A stretch of DNA of 64,000 nucleotides, taken from assembly GCA_018675975.1 (NCBI GenBank), contig JABGXB010000002.1:192098-256097 (forward strand). The letters run 5' to 3'. The translations under genes and the position numbers were made by a program. The notes under the pieces are model-generated. The model made no database searches and had not been told where the DNA came from. It saw nothing but the letters and a program-made list of their open reading frames with translations. Positions 1 through 10,257 of the stretch are shown piece by piece (position 1 is the first letter of the stretch; every line of letters begins with the position of its first letter). The DNA comes from Candidatus Woesearchaeota archaeon. GTDB lineage: Archaea > Nanobdellota > Nanobdellia > Woesearchaeales > JABGXB01.

Positions 1-384
1 ATCTACACCACTAAAAAATAAAGTATGCCTTTCATTATGATTAATTTTATCAAAACATTCTTTTATTATTAATTGCCTAATTCTAAAAGGAATATTTGCA
101 TATTTTGATATATTACAATTTAGAAAAGTAACTCTTTTTGTATCAATAAAATATATTTTATCAATTGAATTTGGAACATCATAATTTATATCTGTTTCAG
201 CACCAAATAATTTTGAATGTTTAGATACATCTTTTATTATATTATTTGAAAATTTGCTAATTTCTAAATCATTAGATTTATTTAATATTATATTAATACC
301 AGAAATTAATAAAATTGCGGTAATTGCAATTAATACAATTGCACTAATATATGCAAAAGTATGATTAATTTGAGCCTTTTTCAT
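1..384 (-). CDS. Partial CDS whose C-terminus lies beyond the window start. N-terminus MKKAQINHTFAYISAIVLIAITAILLISG resembles a class III (type IV pilin-like) signal peptide or signal anchor
   Basis: Hand translation of the minus strand from the ATG at 382-384, open to position 1. It is absent from the ORF track because there is no stop in the window. A KKAQ motif is followed by a ~20-aa hydrophobic stretch. Confidence 0.4.
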   Translation of the reverse strand, partial: MKKAQINHTFAYISAIVLIAITAILLISGINIILNKSNDLEISKFSNNIIKDVSKHSKLFGAETDINYDVPNSIDKIYFIDTKRVTFLNCNISKYANIPFRIRQLIIKECFDKINHNERHTLFFSGVD

Positions 385-474
385 AATAATTTTGAGATAT
401 TTTGATTTATAAATACAACGAAAATTTTACGTCGATATATTTATAAATTTGTTTTTGTATATTAAAGTTAAAGG

Positions 475-2970
475 GTGTTTATTATTATATTTGAAAAATT
501 AAAAAAATTTATTGCAAATGATAAGGCAGATGAATTACAAGTTAAATTAAATAGCTCTAAAAAAAATATTAAAAAATTAAAAAAATCTAATTCTAAAAGA
601 AATAATAAAATTAAAAATGATAAATTATTAGATGGTGTTGATAAAGAAAGAAATAAAATAGAAGAAAACAATAAATTACTAAATCAAAAAGAAATTAAAA
701 TTAATAAATTAAAAGAATCAACTCAAAACTATATTCAAAAAGAACATGAAAAATTATTACATTTTAAATCTAGGATATTTCACAAAATTGATCATTTAAA
801 GTCAGAACAGAAAATTGAAGTTGAAAAAATAAATTCAAAATATGAAATTCAAAAAAATAAATTAAATGAAAAAATTAATGAATTGAGTAAATTAGGTAAA
901 GAAGTAAATTCTAAAATTAAAAATAAGAAAAGTGAATATGCTATTGTAATTAATAGGCTAAAACAAGAAGTAAATAAATTAGAAAAAGAATTGATTATAA
1001 AAAGATCATTAATTAATCAAGAATTGAAAAATACAATAAATAAAGAAAAAAAGGCATTTGAAGAAAGAAAAAAAGTAATATTAAAACAAATAAACGATGA
1101 AATTAAAAAAAAAGAATTAGTAAATAGTCAAACTCACACTCAAATTGAAAATTTAAAAAAAGAAAAACTCGCATATAAAAAAGAAATTGATAAATTAAAT
1201 GTTGAAAAAAATACTGTTTCTAATATAAAAGAAAAAATAGAAGAAAAAAATAAAGAACAAAAGAATTTAATTGTTAAAATAAATAAATCAAAAAGTGAAT
1301 TATTTGAATTAAATAAAAGAAATCAATTTATTGCAAATGTAAGGGAGACTAAAACTCAAGAATTAAAAAAGGAAACAAGTCAATTTATTGAACAAAAAAA
1401 AGAGTTTGATAATAAATTAAATGAATTAAATATTGCTAAAAAAAGCAATAAAAGCCTATGTGTGGAAATAGAGTTAAATTTACAAAAAATAGAATATGCA
1501 AAAAAAGAAAATGATCAATTATTAAATAAAATTTCAGAAGATAAAAATACAATATTAAAAAAAGAGAATAATATTGAACAAAAAATTAATGAATCAGAAA
1601 AAATAATGTCAAAAAAAATAGATGGACTTAAAAAATTAATTTCTAGAAAAGAAAATATTGAACAGGATATATATAAAAAACAAAAGGAAAGTGTGGTATT
1701 TTCAGATTCATTAGAAATACAAAAAAATAAAGTAATTGGATTAATTCAAAAAGCAGAAGAAGAAAAACAAAAAAATGTGGATATTTTAAATCGAATAGAA
1801 AGAAAAGAAATAGTTTACCATAATTTAAATGATAGAATTAAACAAAGAGAAACCATTATTGACATAGAAAATAAAAAAATAAAACAAGAAAGAGAAGAAA
1901 TTATTACACTTAGAAAAAAGATTAATTCATATAGAGGAGTTATTTTGTCATTAGAGGGTATGAATGATAAAATAAATAAATTAAATGAAGTTAGACAAAT
2001 TAAAAAAAATGAAATTAATGAATTAAATTTAATAATTGCTAAAGATTTAGGAAATATTAATAAAATACATGAAGCCATAGAAGATTTTAAAATTCAACAA
2101 AAATTAATGGAAGAAAAAGCTGAAAATTTTACAAAAGCAGAAATCCAAATAAAAGAAAAACAATTTAAAATAGTTGAAAAAGAAAAGCAAATCAGAAGTT
2201 TTGAAAAAATATTAATGAAAAAAATAAATGCATATGATAAATTAGTGAATAAAATTCAAATGAATAAAGAACTTAAAGTTAATATTAGTTTATTAAATCG
2301 AAATTTAAGACAATTGAAATCAGAATATAATTCTTATGAAAAGAAATATGATGGATTAAAAGATGAATTATTAGCAAAAAAAATGTATTTAGATGACTAT
2401 AATAGAAATTTACAACAAAAAGAATCTAAAATAATTAAGCAAAGGGAATTGTTAAATAGTGAAAATGAAATTATTGAAAAACAAAAAATGGAATTAGAAT
2501 TTAAATTAAAAAATATAAATTCATTTAAATTTAAACAATATATTGAAGAACAGTTAAATAATAAAGTTAGTGAAGTAGAAAAAGAAAATAATAAATTAAA
2601 TATTCAAAAAGAAATCGAAAGTACAAATAAAATTGATAATAAATTAATTAGTGAAATTGATGCAAAATTAAAAAAAATAGGATCTACTACAATTATTGAA
2701 GAAAATGAAAGATTACATCCTCAATCTAATAATAAAATAATTAATAAAATGACAAAAAATATTGATGAAAAGACATTATTAAAAGATTTATTAAAAAGAG
2801 TTGAAATGGCTAAAGAATTTATTGGAGAGAATGAAATTAATAATGCACAAAAAGCTATTCAAGAATTAAAAAATCAATATAGTAAGGCAGAATTAAATGA
2901 GAGTGAAAAAAATCTAATTAAAAATTATATTAAAGAATTAGATTTAGATATAAAATTAAATGCCCTTTAA
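475..2970 (+). CDS. Large K/E/N-rich coiled-coil protein (831 aa), function unknown
   Basis: Long ORF with heptad-like KxxLxxKxxEL periodicity over almost its whole length; no Walker or other catalytic motifs seen. Confidence 0.5.
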   Translation: MFIIIFEKLKKFIANDKADELQVKLNSSKKNIKKLKKSNSKRNNKIKNDKLLDGVDKERNKIEENNKLLNQKEIKINKLKESTQNYIQKEHEKLLHFKSRIFHKIDHLKSEQKIEVEKINSKYEIQKNKLNEKINELSKLGKEVNSKIKNKKSEYAIVINRLKQEVNKLEKELIIKRSLINQELKNTINKEKKAFEERKKVILKQINDEIKKKELVNSQTHTQIENLKKEKLAYKKEIDKLNVEKNTVSNIKEKIEEKNKEQKNLIVKINKSKSELFELNKRNQFIANVRETKTQELKKETSQFIEQKKEFDNKLNELNIAKKSNKSLCVEIELNLQKIEYAKKENDQLLNKISEDKNTILKKENNIEQKINESEKIMSKKIDGLKKLISRKENIEQDIYKKQKESVVFSDSLEIQKNKVIGLIQKAEEEKQKNVDILNRIERKEIVYHNLNDRIKQRETIIDIENKKIKQEREEIITLRKKINSYRGVILSLEGMNDKINKLNEVRQIKKNEINELNLIIAKDLGNINKIHEAIEDFKIQQKLMEEKAENFTKAEIQIKEKQFKIVEKEKQIRSFEKILMKKINAYDKLVNKIQMNKELKVNISLLNRNLRQLKSEYNSYEKKYDGLKDELLAKKMYLDDYNRNLQQKESKIIKQRELLNSENEIIEKQKMELEFKLKNINSFKFKQYIEEQLNNKVSEVEKENNKLNIQKEIESTNKIDNKLISEIDAKLKKIGSTTIIEENERLHPQSNNKIINKMTKNIDEKTLLKDLLKRVEMAKEFIGENEINNAQKAIQELKNQYSKAELNESEKNLIKNYIKELDLDIKLNAL

Positions 2971-4737
2971 ATAATCAAATATTTTTTTAGATAAAATTTT
3001 ATTTTTAACTATTAAATTAATTTTCAATATAGATGTTTTCTTTAATGTATTAATATCATTAAATTCATTTAATAAATTAAATAAAGTTTTTTGACCAAGT
3101 CCAGATATTTCACTCAATATAGATTTTGTAAATTGTTCATTTCTTTTTTTTCTATGAAAATTAATAACATAATTATGTACACTGTCCCTAGTATAAGTAA
3201 TTAATTTCATAAAATTTAAATTTTTATTAAATTTTAAAGGAATAGGAATACCAGGAAAATAAATTTCTTCTTCTTTTTTTGCAAGTGAAATAATTGGAAT
3301 TTTTAAATTTAAATCATTTAATGCCAAAATCGCCATATTTAATTGTTGTTTTCCACCATCAATTATTATTAAATCAGGCATTAAGACTTGTTTTCGTTTA
3401 TTTTCATCAATTTGATTCAAATGAATTTGCTCATTTTTAAGTCTAGAATAACGACGTGAAATGACTTCTTTAATTGCCTGGAAATCATTTTGTTCACCTT
3501 GCTTTAAAGATTTTATTATAAATTTTCTATATGCACTTTTATATGGATTAGTATCAATAAAACGAACACAAGCACCAACATTAAAATTACCCTGTAATGT
3601 AGAAATATCAAAACAGTCAATTATATCAGGATACGATTTTAATTTTAATTGTTTTTGTAATTCAACTAATACAATATTTTTATTTTGAATATTTAATAAA
3701 ACATTTTCTTTAACTAAATTTAATATTTTTAAATTATCACCCCTCTCAGGCAAAACAATTTTAATTTTATGTTTTGATTTATTTGAAAATAAAGTTTCAT
3801 ATAATTTAAAATTAATATTAAATTCTTTAGACTCTTTTGAAATATAAATGAATCCAGGTATTTCATTTTTATTATAATAATCAAGTAAAAAATGTTCTAA
3901 AACTCCATCAATTAGATCAAAATGAAAATTATCTTTTTTAATTATTATACCCTTTTTCATCCTCATAACCACAATATAAATTAATTCACCAGCAATATAA
4001 TAATTAATAAAATCAGAGTCAAATTTATTTGTTTTTTGCACAATTTGATCTAATGAAATATTTTTTAATGCATAAATTCTATCTCTATATAATTTTGCCA
4101 TTTCAAAATTTTTAATTTTAGAAAATTCATTCATTTTATTTTCAAAATCTAATATAACTTCATCTTTATCCCCTTTCAAAAATTTAATTGCATTTTTTAC
4201 ATCTAAATCATAATTAGATTTAGAAATAAAATTCTGACATGGCCCACTACATTGATTAATATGATATTGTAAACAAACTTTTTTTGGTAATACATTACAA
4301 TTTCTAATTTTAAAAATAGTACGTATTACTTTAATAACTTCATTTCGTGAAAAACCAATTGGAATAGGGCCAAAAAAAATATCTTTATTATTTTTTTTTC
4401 TAGAAATTAATAATTTAGGATATTCATGTTTTGTTATTTGTATATATGCATGCCTTATATTATCTTTAAGATCAATATTATATTTTGGTTTATGAATATT
4501 AATTAAATTATTTTCTAAAATTAATGCCTCCATTTCATTATTTGTTATAATAAAATCTACAGAATCTATTTGATTTGATAATTTTTTTGTTTTTTTATTT
4601 TCAATATTTTTTTGAAAATAATTTGAAATTCTATTTTTAATATTTTTAGCTTTTCCAATATAAATTATTTTTTTACTTTTATTTTTGAATATATATACCC
4701 CTGGATTCGTTGGAGCATTTTCTAATAATTTGTTCAT
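2956..4737 (-). CDS. uvrC: Excinuclease ABC subunit C (UvrC)
   Basis: N-terminal GIY-YIG motif (GVYIFKNK...IIYIGKAKNIKNRISNYF) and C-terminal helix-hairpin-helix (LSEISGLGQKTLFNLL); 593 aa is typical. Confidence 0.85.
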   Translation of the reverse strand: MNKLLENAPTNPGVYIFKNKSKKIIYIGKAKNIKNRISNYFQKNIENKKTKKLSNQIDSVDFIITNNEMEALILENNLINIHKPKYNIDLKDNIRHAYIQITKHEYPKLLISRKKNNKDIFFGPIPIGFSRNEVIKVIRTIFKIRNCNVLPKKVCLQYHINQCSGPCQNFISKSNYDLDVKNAIKFLKGDKDEVILDFENKMNEFSKIKNFEMAKLYRDRIYALKNISLDQIVQKTNKFDSDFINYYIAGELIYIVVMRMKKGIIIKKDNFHFDLIDGVLEHFLLDYYNKNEIPGFIYISKESKEFNINFKLYETLFSNKSKHKIKIVLPERGDNLKILNLVKENVLLNIQNKNIVLVELQKQLKLKSYPDIIDCFDISTLQGNFNVGACVRFIDTNPYKSAYRKFIIKSLKQGEQNDFQAIKEVISRRYSRLKNEQIHLNQIDENKRKQVLMPDLIIIDGGKQQLNMAILALNDLNLKIPIISLAKKEEEIYFPGIPIPLKFNKNLNFMKLITYTRDSVHNYVINFHRKKRNEQFTKSILSEISGLGQKTLFNLLNEFNDINTLKKTSILKINLIVKNKILSKKIFDYLKGI

Positions 4738-4812
4738 AATACAATAAATATATTAGAATATATAAATAATTTGTAAAATAATATTTATAAAATAAATAAA
4801 ACCTTTAATATT

Positions 4813-6072
4813 GTGGAAGCAGAACAAATCAGTCAAATATATAATAAAATAAATGGAAAAATAGTTAATTATGATGATAGTATAAAAGGTTTGACTAATA
4901 TTGCGTTTAGGCATTTTAGGGATGGAAAATATAAGGATTCATATTCTTCTTTTATAGCAGCTAGACAAATGTCTTTAGAAAATATAGTTCACGATAGAGA
5001 AAAAAGAGAAATTACTAAATTTGATATTGATTATGATTCAATTCATAGTTTACCAATAGAATTTGATAGCATAGATGATGAGGAAAATACTTCATTAGAT
5101 ACTTCCAAATTATATTTTTTAAGAGGTTGTTTAGCCTTTATTGAAAAAGATTATAAACGTGCATTTAGAAATTTTAAAATTGCAAATAATAAAAATAATA
5201 ATAAAAATGGCCAATATGATTATTTATTAAATTTAGAAACAGTTAATGTCTTAGATAAATTATATGACTTAGATATAATTAATGAAAGAGAATATTTAGA
5301 AAACAAAGTAAAAAGTTTAAAAATATTAAATGAAATTAATCCAAATAATATTGAACATATGTATAATTTAGGAATAACTAATATACACTTATATACTGAC
5401 GAAAAAGGTAATATTTTAATTAAAAGTGAAATGCCACCTGACTTTTATGAAAGTTTAAATTTATTAGTAGAAGCATATGAAAGTGACACTTCAAATCCTT
5501 TATATTTTTATGATGCATATAGAATGGTTGCACCAAGTAGTCGAAATATTTCTAATGATATTTTAGATTCCTTCCTAGGAATATATTTTGAAAAAAATTC
5601 TACAATAATAAAACACTTAATCAAAGATAAACAAATCACTAGAGGAATTGTTAGTTTATTATATTCTATTGGTGATGAGATGGCAATAGAATGGGGAAAA
5701 TCCACAAAATATCAAACTAAAGAAATAAGTGATTCACTATTAGAAAAAATAAAAAAAATAAAAGAAAGTCAATTTTTTCAAAAATCACAAATTTTAGAAA
5801 ATTGGAGTGTTAAAAATATACCTAAAATGATTAATTTAACATATCTTGAAAAAATAAGAGTAATAAGCAATATTTCTATAGACATATTAAACAAATTCAG
5901 ATTTTTTTTTACAGAGGAAGAATATAATAATGCCATGTCATCTTCAAAATTATTTCTTGAGACAAATATGAATGCATTAAATCAATTATCAATTGTACAA
6001 GAAGAACAAATTGAAGATACTATTTTAGAAGTATGGAGATCTGAAAATCCAAAATCTGAAGACATTAATTAA
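4813..6072 (+). CDS. Hypothetical protein
   Basis: 419-aa ORF with normal composition and no recognised motif. Confidence 0.5.
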   Translation: MEAEQISQIYNKINGKIVNYDDSIKGLTNIAFRHFRDGKYKDSYSSFIAARQMSLENIVHDREKREITKFDIDYDSIHSLPIEFDSIDDEENTSLDTSKLYFLRGCLAFIEKDYKRAFRNFKIANNKNNNKNGQYDYLLNLETVNVLDKLYDLDIINEREYLENKVKSLKILNEINPNNIEHMYNLGITNIHLYTDEKGNILIKSEMPPDFYESLNLLVEAYESDTSNPLYFYDAYRMVAPSSRNISNDILDSFLGIYFEKNSTIIKHLIKDKQITRGIVSLLYSIGDEMAIEWGKSTKYQTKEISDSLLEKIKKIKESQFFQKSQILENWSVKNIPKMINLTYLEKIRVISNISIDILNKFRFFFTEEEYNNAMSSSKLFLETNMNALNQLSIVQEEQIEDTILEVWRSENPKSEDIN

Positions 6073-7168
6073 CTAATTTATGTTTTAACATACCACATGC
6101 TGCATATATATCTGAGCCATGTTCATATCGAATAAATGCTTGAATATCATTATCCATTAATTTTTTAAAAAAATAGGAACATTTTTCTGATTTTTTTAAT
6201 TCAAAATCAGCATAAGCAAATTCATGTTCATTATAGGGGATTAAATTAATAAAAACATATTTTAAGTCTTTGGCAATTGCAATTAACTTTTCTAAATTAG
6301 AGTCATTATCATTAAAACCATCAAACATTACATATTCTATCATTAATTTATTTCGTTTAGAATTTTTATTTAATTCAGTTAAATAGGATTTTAATAAACT
6401 TAAACCAGATTCAAAATCAATTATTTTGTTCACATCCATAATTCTAGTTCTATCATTTTGATTTGTTGCATTTAAAGAATATGCCATTTTAATTCCAGTT
6501 TCTTTTTGTAATTTAATTAATCCAGGTATAAGTCCACTAGTTGAAACTGTTATTTTTTTAGCACTAAAATTAAAACCATGATGATCTTTTAAATTCATAA
6601 TAGAAATTTTTACATTTTTATAATTATTAATAGGCTCACCTTGTCCCATAAAAACAATTGCAGTAGGTTTTACTATTTTTGATAATAATAATACTTGTTC
6701 AATAATTTCACCAGCAGTTAAATTTCTTTTTAATCCATGTAAACCAGTTACACAAAATTTACAAGACATTGCACAACCAATTTGACTACTAATACAAAAA
6801 GTATATTTATCTTTAGTATGTGGAATTATAACTGATTCTATAAATTGATTATCATATGTCTTAAATATTTTTTTAATTGTTCCATCTTTTGAAACTTGAG
6901 ATTTATTTTCAACTAAATTTCCAATATTAGAATTTTGTTTTAATATTTCAATATCATTTTTAGACATTAAATTTCTAAGCTTATTATTATCTTTATTTTT
7001 TTTATCATTTGTAATATTAGAATTTATATTAAAATCTAAGCTATTATTTTTATATATATTGTAATAAATAGATTTTGCATGAATTTGACTTATTTTTAAT
7101 GAATTTAAAAAAGACTTAAGCCCTTCAAAATCTAAATCTAAAATATTAATTTTGTTCATAATTAACAA
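6065..7168 (-). CDS. rlmN: Radical SAM rRNA/tRNA methyltransferase of the RlmN/Cfr family
   Basis: CxxxCxxC radical SAM cluster motif (GCAMSCKFCVTG), GQGEP motif and C-terminal conserved Cys (AACGML). Confidence 0.75.
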   Translation of the reverse strand: MLIMNKINILDLDFEGLKSFLNSLKISQIHAKSIYYNIYKNNSLDFNINSNITNDKKNKDNNKLRNLMSKNDIEILKQNSNIGNLVENKSQVSKDGTIKKIFKTYDNQFIESVIIPHTKDKYTFCISSQIGCAMSCKFCVTGLHGLKRNLTAGEIIEQVLLLSKIVKPTAIVFMGQGEPINNYKNVKISIMNLKDHHGFNFSAKKITVSTSGLIPGLIKLQKETGIKMAYSLNATNQNDRTRIMDVNKIIDFESGLSLLKSYLTELNKNSKRNKLMIEYVMFDGFNDNDSNLEKLIAIAKDLKYVFINLIPYNEHEFAYADFELKKSEKCSYFFKKLMDNDIQAFIRYEHGSDIYAACGMLKHKLVN

Positions 7169-7240
7169 ATTTAATAGTTATTTATAATTATTATGACTCA
7201 TATTCAAAAGATTTATAATAATATAATCTTAATTACCAAT

Positions 7241-8518
7241 ATGATAAATATAAATTTTTTAAGAGAAAATATTGAATTAGTTAAAAAAAATATAAAAAAT
7301 AAATTTAAAGAAGATAAAATAATTCTAATTGATAAAGCACTTGATCTTGATTCTAAAAAAAAAAAGGTTATGAATGAAAATCAAAAATTAAGAGCGGAAA
7401 GAAATAATATTTCAAAAGAAATTTCAAAATTAAAAAAAGAAAAAAAAGATATATCTCAAATTTTAAAAAAAGCAAAAGATATTCCTGAAAAAATTAAAGA
7501 ATTAACTGAAAAAGAAAATAATTTAGATAAAAAGTTAAAAGAAGTTTTAATTAAAATTCCAAATATTATGCATAAAGATGTACCTATTGGAAAAAATGAA
7601 TCCGAAAATGTTGAGATTAAAAAATATTTAAAACCAAAAAAGTTTAATTTTGATGTTAAAGCTCATCAAGAGATTGCTGATAATTTAGGTTTAGCTGATT
7701 TTGATTCATCTTCTGAAACATCAGGAAGTGGATTTTATTATTTAGAGGGAGATTTAGCTCTATTAAATCAAGCTTTAGTTAGATATACCATCGAGCAAAT
7801 GGTTAAAAAAGACTTTACTTATGTAGAAACTCCTTATTTATTGAGAGGAGATATTATTAGTGGCGTTGTAGATTTACACGATCAAAAAAATATGATATAT
7901 AAAATTGACGAAGAAGATTTATATTTAATTGGAACTAGTGAACATAGTTTGATTGGAAGATTTTTAAAAAAAGATATTGATGTTAAAAAATTACCAATAA
8001 AGCAAACTAGTTTTTCTATGTGTTTTAGAAAAGAAAAAGGTAGTCATGGATTGGACGAGAGAGGATTATTTAGAACTCATCAATTTAATAAAGTTGAAAT
8101 GGTAGTTATTTGTGATCCGGAAGATAGTATGAAGTATTTTAAAGAAATGAAAAAAATAACAAATGAAATATTTAACTCCATTGGAATTCCAACTAGAGAT
8201 TTAGCAATTTGTTCAGGAGATCTTGGAGATTTAAAACATATTCAATATGATGTTGAAGGATGGTCCCCTAGAAGAAATGATTATATTGAATTAGGTAGTT
8301 GTTCTAATTTAACAGATGCACAATCATTATTATTAGATATTAGAGTAAAAACTGGAAGTAAAAAGTATTATCCACACATATTAAATAATACTGCAATTGC
8401 AACGAGTCGTGCTTTAGTATTAATTATTGAGAATTTTCAAGACAAAGATGGAAATGTAGTAATACCTAAAATATTAGTACCATATATGTTTGGAAAAAAA
8501 ATAATTAAAAAAATCTAG
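7241..8518 (+). CDS. serS: Seryl-tRNA synthetase
   Basis: N-terminal coiled-coil arm plus class II motifs (GTSEHSLIG, FRKEKGSHGLDERGLFRTHQFNKVE). Start moved to the internal Met (MININFLRENIELV) typical of SerRS. Confidence 0.9.
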   Translation: MININFLRENIELVKKNIKNKFKEDKIILIDKALDLDSKKKKVMNENQKLRAERNNISKEISKLKKEKKDISQILKKAKDIPEKIKELTEKENNLDKKLKEVLIKIPNIMHKDVPIGKNESENVEIKKYLKPKKFNFDVKAHQEIADNLGLADFDSSSETSGSGFYYLEGDLALLNQALVRYTIEQMVKKDFTYVETPYLLRGDIISGVVDLHDQKNMIYKIDEEDLYLIGTSEHSLIGRFLKKDIDVKKLPIKQTSFSMCFRKEKGSHGLDERGLFRTHQFNKVEMVVICDPEDSMKYFKEMKKITNEIFNSIGIPTRDLAICSGDLGDLKHIQYDVEGWSPRRNDYIELGSCSNLTDAQSLLLDIRVKTGSKKYYPHILNNTAIATSRALVLIIENFQDKDGNVVIPKILVPYMFGKKIIKKI

Positions 8519-9233
8519 TTAATACATAAATTAAAATATAAAATACTTGACCACCAAGTAACCATCTATTTTTTATAACTTCTTTATTTACCATATTTTC
8601 TAAGAATATGCTATAAATATAATTACCTGCAACAATTGCAATTAATATTGAAATATCAATAAATTCTAAATTAAAAATTGAACCCATAAATACACCAGCT
8701 AAAACTGCAACAATATTAAATACTTTTAATTCTTTAACTAAAACATTATTTTCCACATTATTTTTTAATAAATTTTTATTATGACGAGTTAAATGACTAA
8801 ATGCACCATGAATGAAAATTGGTGTGAAAAATAAAAACAATTCATAATAATTTAAACTTTTTGAAAATGTTAAAAATAACATACCTAAAAAAAAATGATA
8901 AACACTTGCAGTGACTAAATGTAATACTCGTTCTTTAATTGACTTTTTTTTTACTTGATGTGCCAATACTCTATGAATAATAAATTGAAAAGTGAACATA
9001 AGTAACATTACAATAGGCGCAATTCCTGAAAAATTAGCAATTTTCCCATCAAAAGTAATTAATGTTTCTGGAATTAATATTAACACTAAATATGATGTAC
9101 TAATACCAATTGCAAATGAATTTATTGATCTAATTGTTTCATATTTAAAATTATGAATATATGCATTTGCAAAAATATGTGTAATAAAAATATATAAAAA
9201 TGCTATTATAACTCCAACAAATAAAGGATCCAT
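8505..9233 (-). CDS. Polytopic membrane protein, possibly a metal-cation transporter-like protein
   Basis: Six to eight hydrophobic segments with His-containing motifs (IHGAFSHL); ZIP-like resemblance is weak. Confidence 0.45.
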   Translation of the reverse strand: MDPLFVGVIIAFLYIFITHIFANAYIHNFKYETIRSINSFAIGISTSYLVLILIPETLITFDGKIANFSGIAPIVMLLMFTFQFIIHRVLAHQVKKKSIKERVLHLVTASVYHFFLGMLFLTFSKSLNYYELFLFFTPIFIHGAFSHLTRHNKNLLKNNVENNVLVKELKVFNIVAVLAGVFMGSIFNLEFIDISILIAIVAGNYIYSIFLENMVNKEVIKNRWLLGGQVFYILIYVLTRFF

Positions 9234-9278
9234 AGTATATATTTAACAATTCCCATTTAAATAATTGATGTATGTTAT

Positions 9279-10187
9279 TTAAAATTCTTCTTCTACATGA
9301 AGAATTAAAGTATAACTTCTTTTTGGTTTTTCTTTTTTTGGAAAAACAAAAGGATTATCAAACGATAAATCAGAAAAAGGATTTGGTTTATAATCATAAT
9401 CTTCTAAATACTTTTTAATTTCAAGTAATTCGGATGAAACTCTACGCTCTGGCAATAATTCAGATGTAAATGGATCGAAAGACCTATTGTTTCTGATATT
9501 AAATTCCTCTTCAAACTTTGTAGGTTTAAGACAATCATTTTCTCTCAATGAAAATAAATAATCAGGTTTAGATCCCTCTTCGAATTTTGAACCGTGTTGA
9601 TCCATTAATGAAAATGGTCTTCTTGAAGGAAATCTATCGCCAAGCAGTTCCCCCTCAAAATGTGTAATTCTAGGAAAATAACGATCTCTCAATGAAGATA
9701 AATAATCAGATTTAGATCCTTCGTCTAATTTGGAATCTTGTTGATCTATGAACGAAAATAGTTTTTTTGAAAATCTGTCACTAGGTCGTTCATTTTCAAA
9801 TGGTGAATCTTGTTTTTCAATAAATGGAGATGAATCTCTTAAACCAAATCTACTTGCTCGCTCCCTTTCATGAATTCTTTTTAAAGCCAAAAGGTCTGAT
9901 GTTGAAAACCCAAATTCTTTACCTTTAGAATTTGAATGTGGTTCTTTTTTTGGAAAAACATAAGGTTCATTAAAATCTTCGCCCATTGCATTTTCACATT
10001 CTAAAGTTCCTGTATAATGTAATTCTAATTGACCATGTTTAGTACTTGAGTCAGTTAATACTATACGACCCTCATAAATCGGTTCAGATCCAACACCAGG
10101 GAATCTAAATCCTGGTTTTTTCTTTAAATCAATTAATAATTTTACTCTACTTGCATAATCCAATTCAATCATATTATCCAGATTCAA
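9279..10187 (-). CDS. Internally repetitive, charged or disordered-looking protein of unknown function with atypically GC-rich codons
   Basis: Repeated segments (DQQDSKLDEGSKSDYLSSLRDRYFPR versus DQHGSKFEEGSKPDYLFSLREND; PYVFPKKE at both ends), repeated DNA words at about 9540 and 9683, and visibly higher GC than neighbours. Confidence 0.5.
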   Translation of the reverse strand: MNLDNMIELDYASRVKLLIDLKKKPGFRFPGVGSEPIYEGRIVLTDSSTKHGQLELHYTGTLECENAMGEDFNEPYVFPKKEPHSNSKGKEFGFSTSDLLALKRIHERERASRFGLRDSSPFIEKQDSPFENERPSDRFSKKLFSFIDQQDSKLDEGSKSDYLSSLRDRYFPRITHFEGELLGDRFPSRRPFSLMDQHGSKFEEGSKPDYLFSLRENDCLKPTKFEEEFNIRNNRSFDPFTSELLPERRVSSELLEIKKYLEDYDYKPNPFSDLSFDNPFVFPKKEKPKRSYTLILHVEEEF

Positions 10188-10205
10188 TCAAATTATATAA
10201 TAATT

Positions 10206-10225
10206 TCCCTAGGGAATATTAGGGA
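10206..10225. promoter_or_regulatory. Candidate operator: palindrome TCCCTAGGGA overlapping two TAGGGA direct repeats spaced 10 bp apart, in a divergent promoter region
   Basis: GC-rich dyad standing out in an AT-rich 70-bp intergenic gap between divergent genes 9279-10187 and 10258-10767. Confidence 0.3.
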
Positions 10226-10257
10226 TAATTAAAAAGTTTTTTAAATAAAAAAAAAAC

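Noticed and set aside
468-671. Short antisense ORFs in the track (468-671, 1815-2078, 3461-3688, 5508-5705, 13179-13364, 13842-14147, 15398-15598, 16824-17138, 28031-28264, 32865-33056, 34418-34663, 37946-38137, 38772-38957, 46129-46416, 47733-47921, 49137-49379, 50237-50425, 56392-56838, 57628-57819, 58187-58429, 58430-58777, 63541-63843)
   Set aside because: Each lies wholly inside a longer, motif-supported gene on the opposite strand. They have Leu/Phe/Ile/Ser-rich composition, which is typical of reading AT-rich coding DNA in the wrong frame
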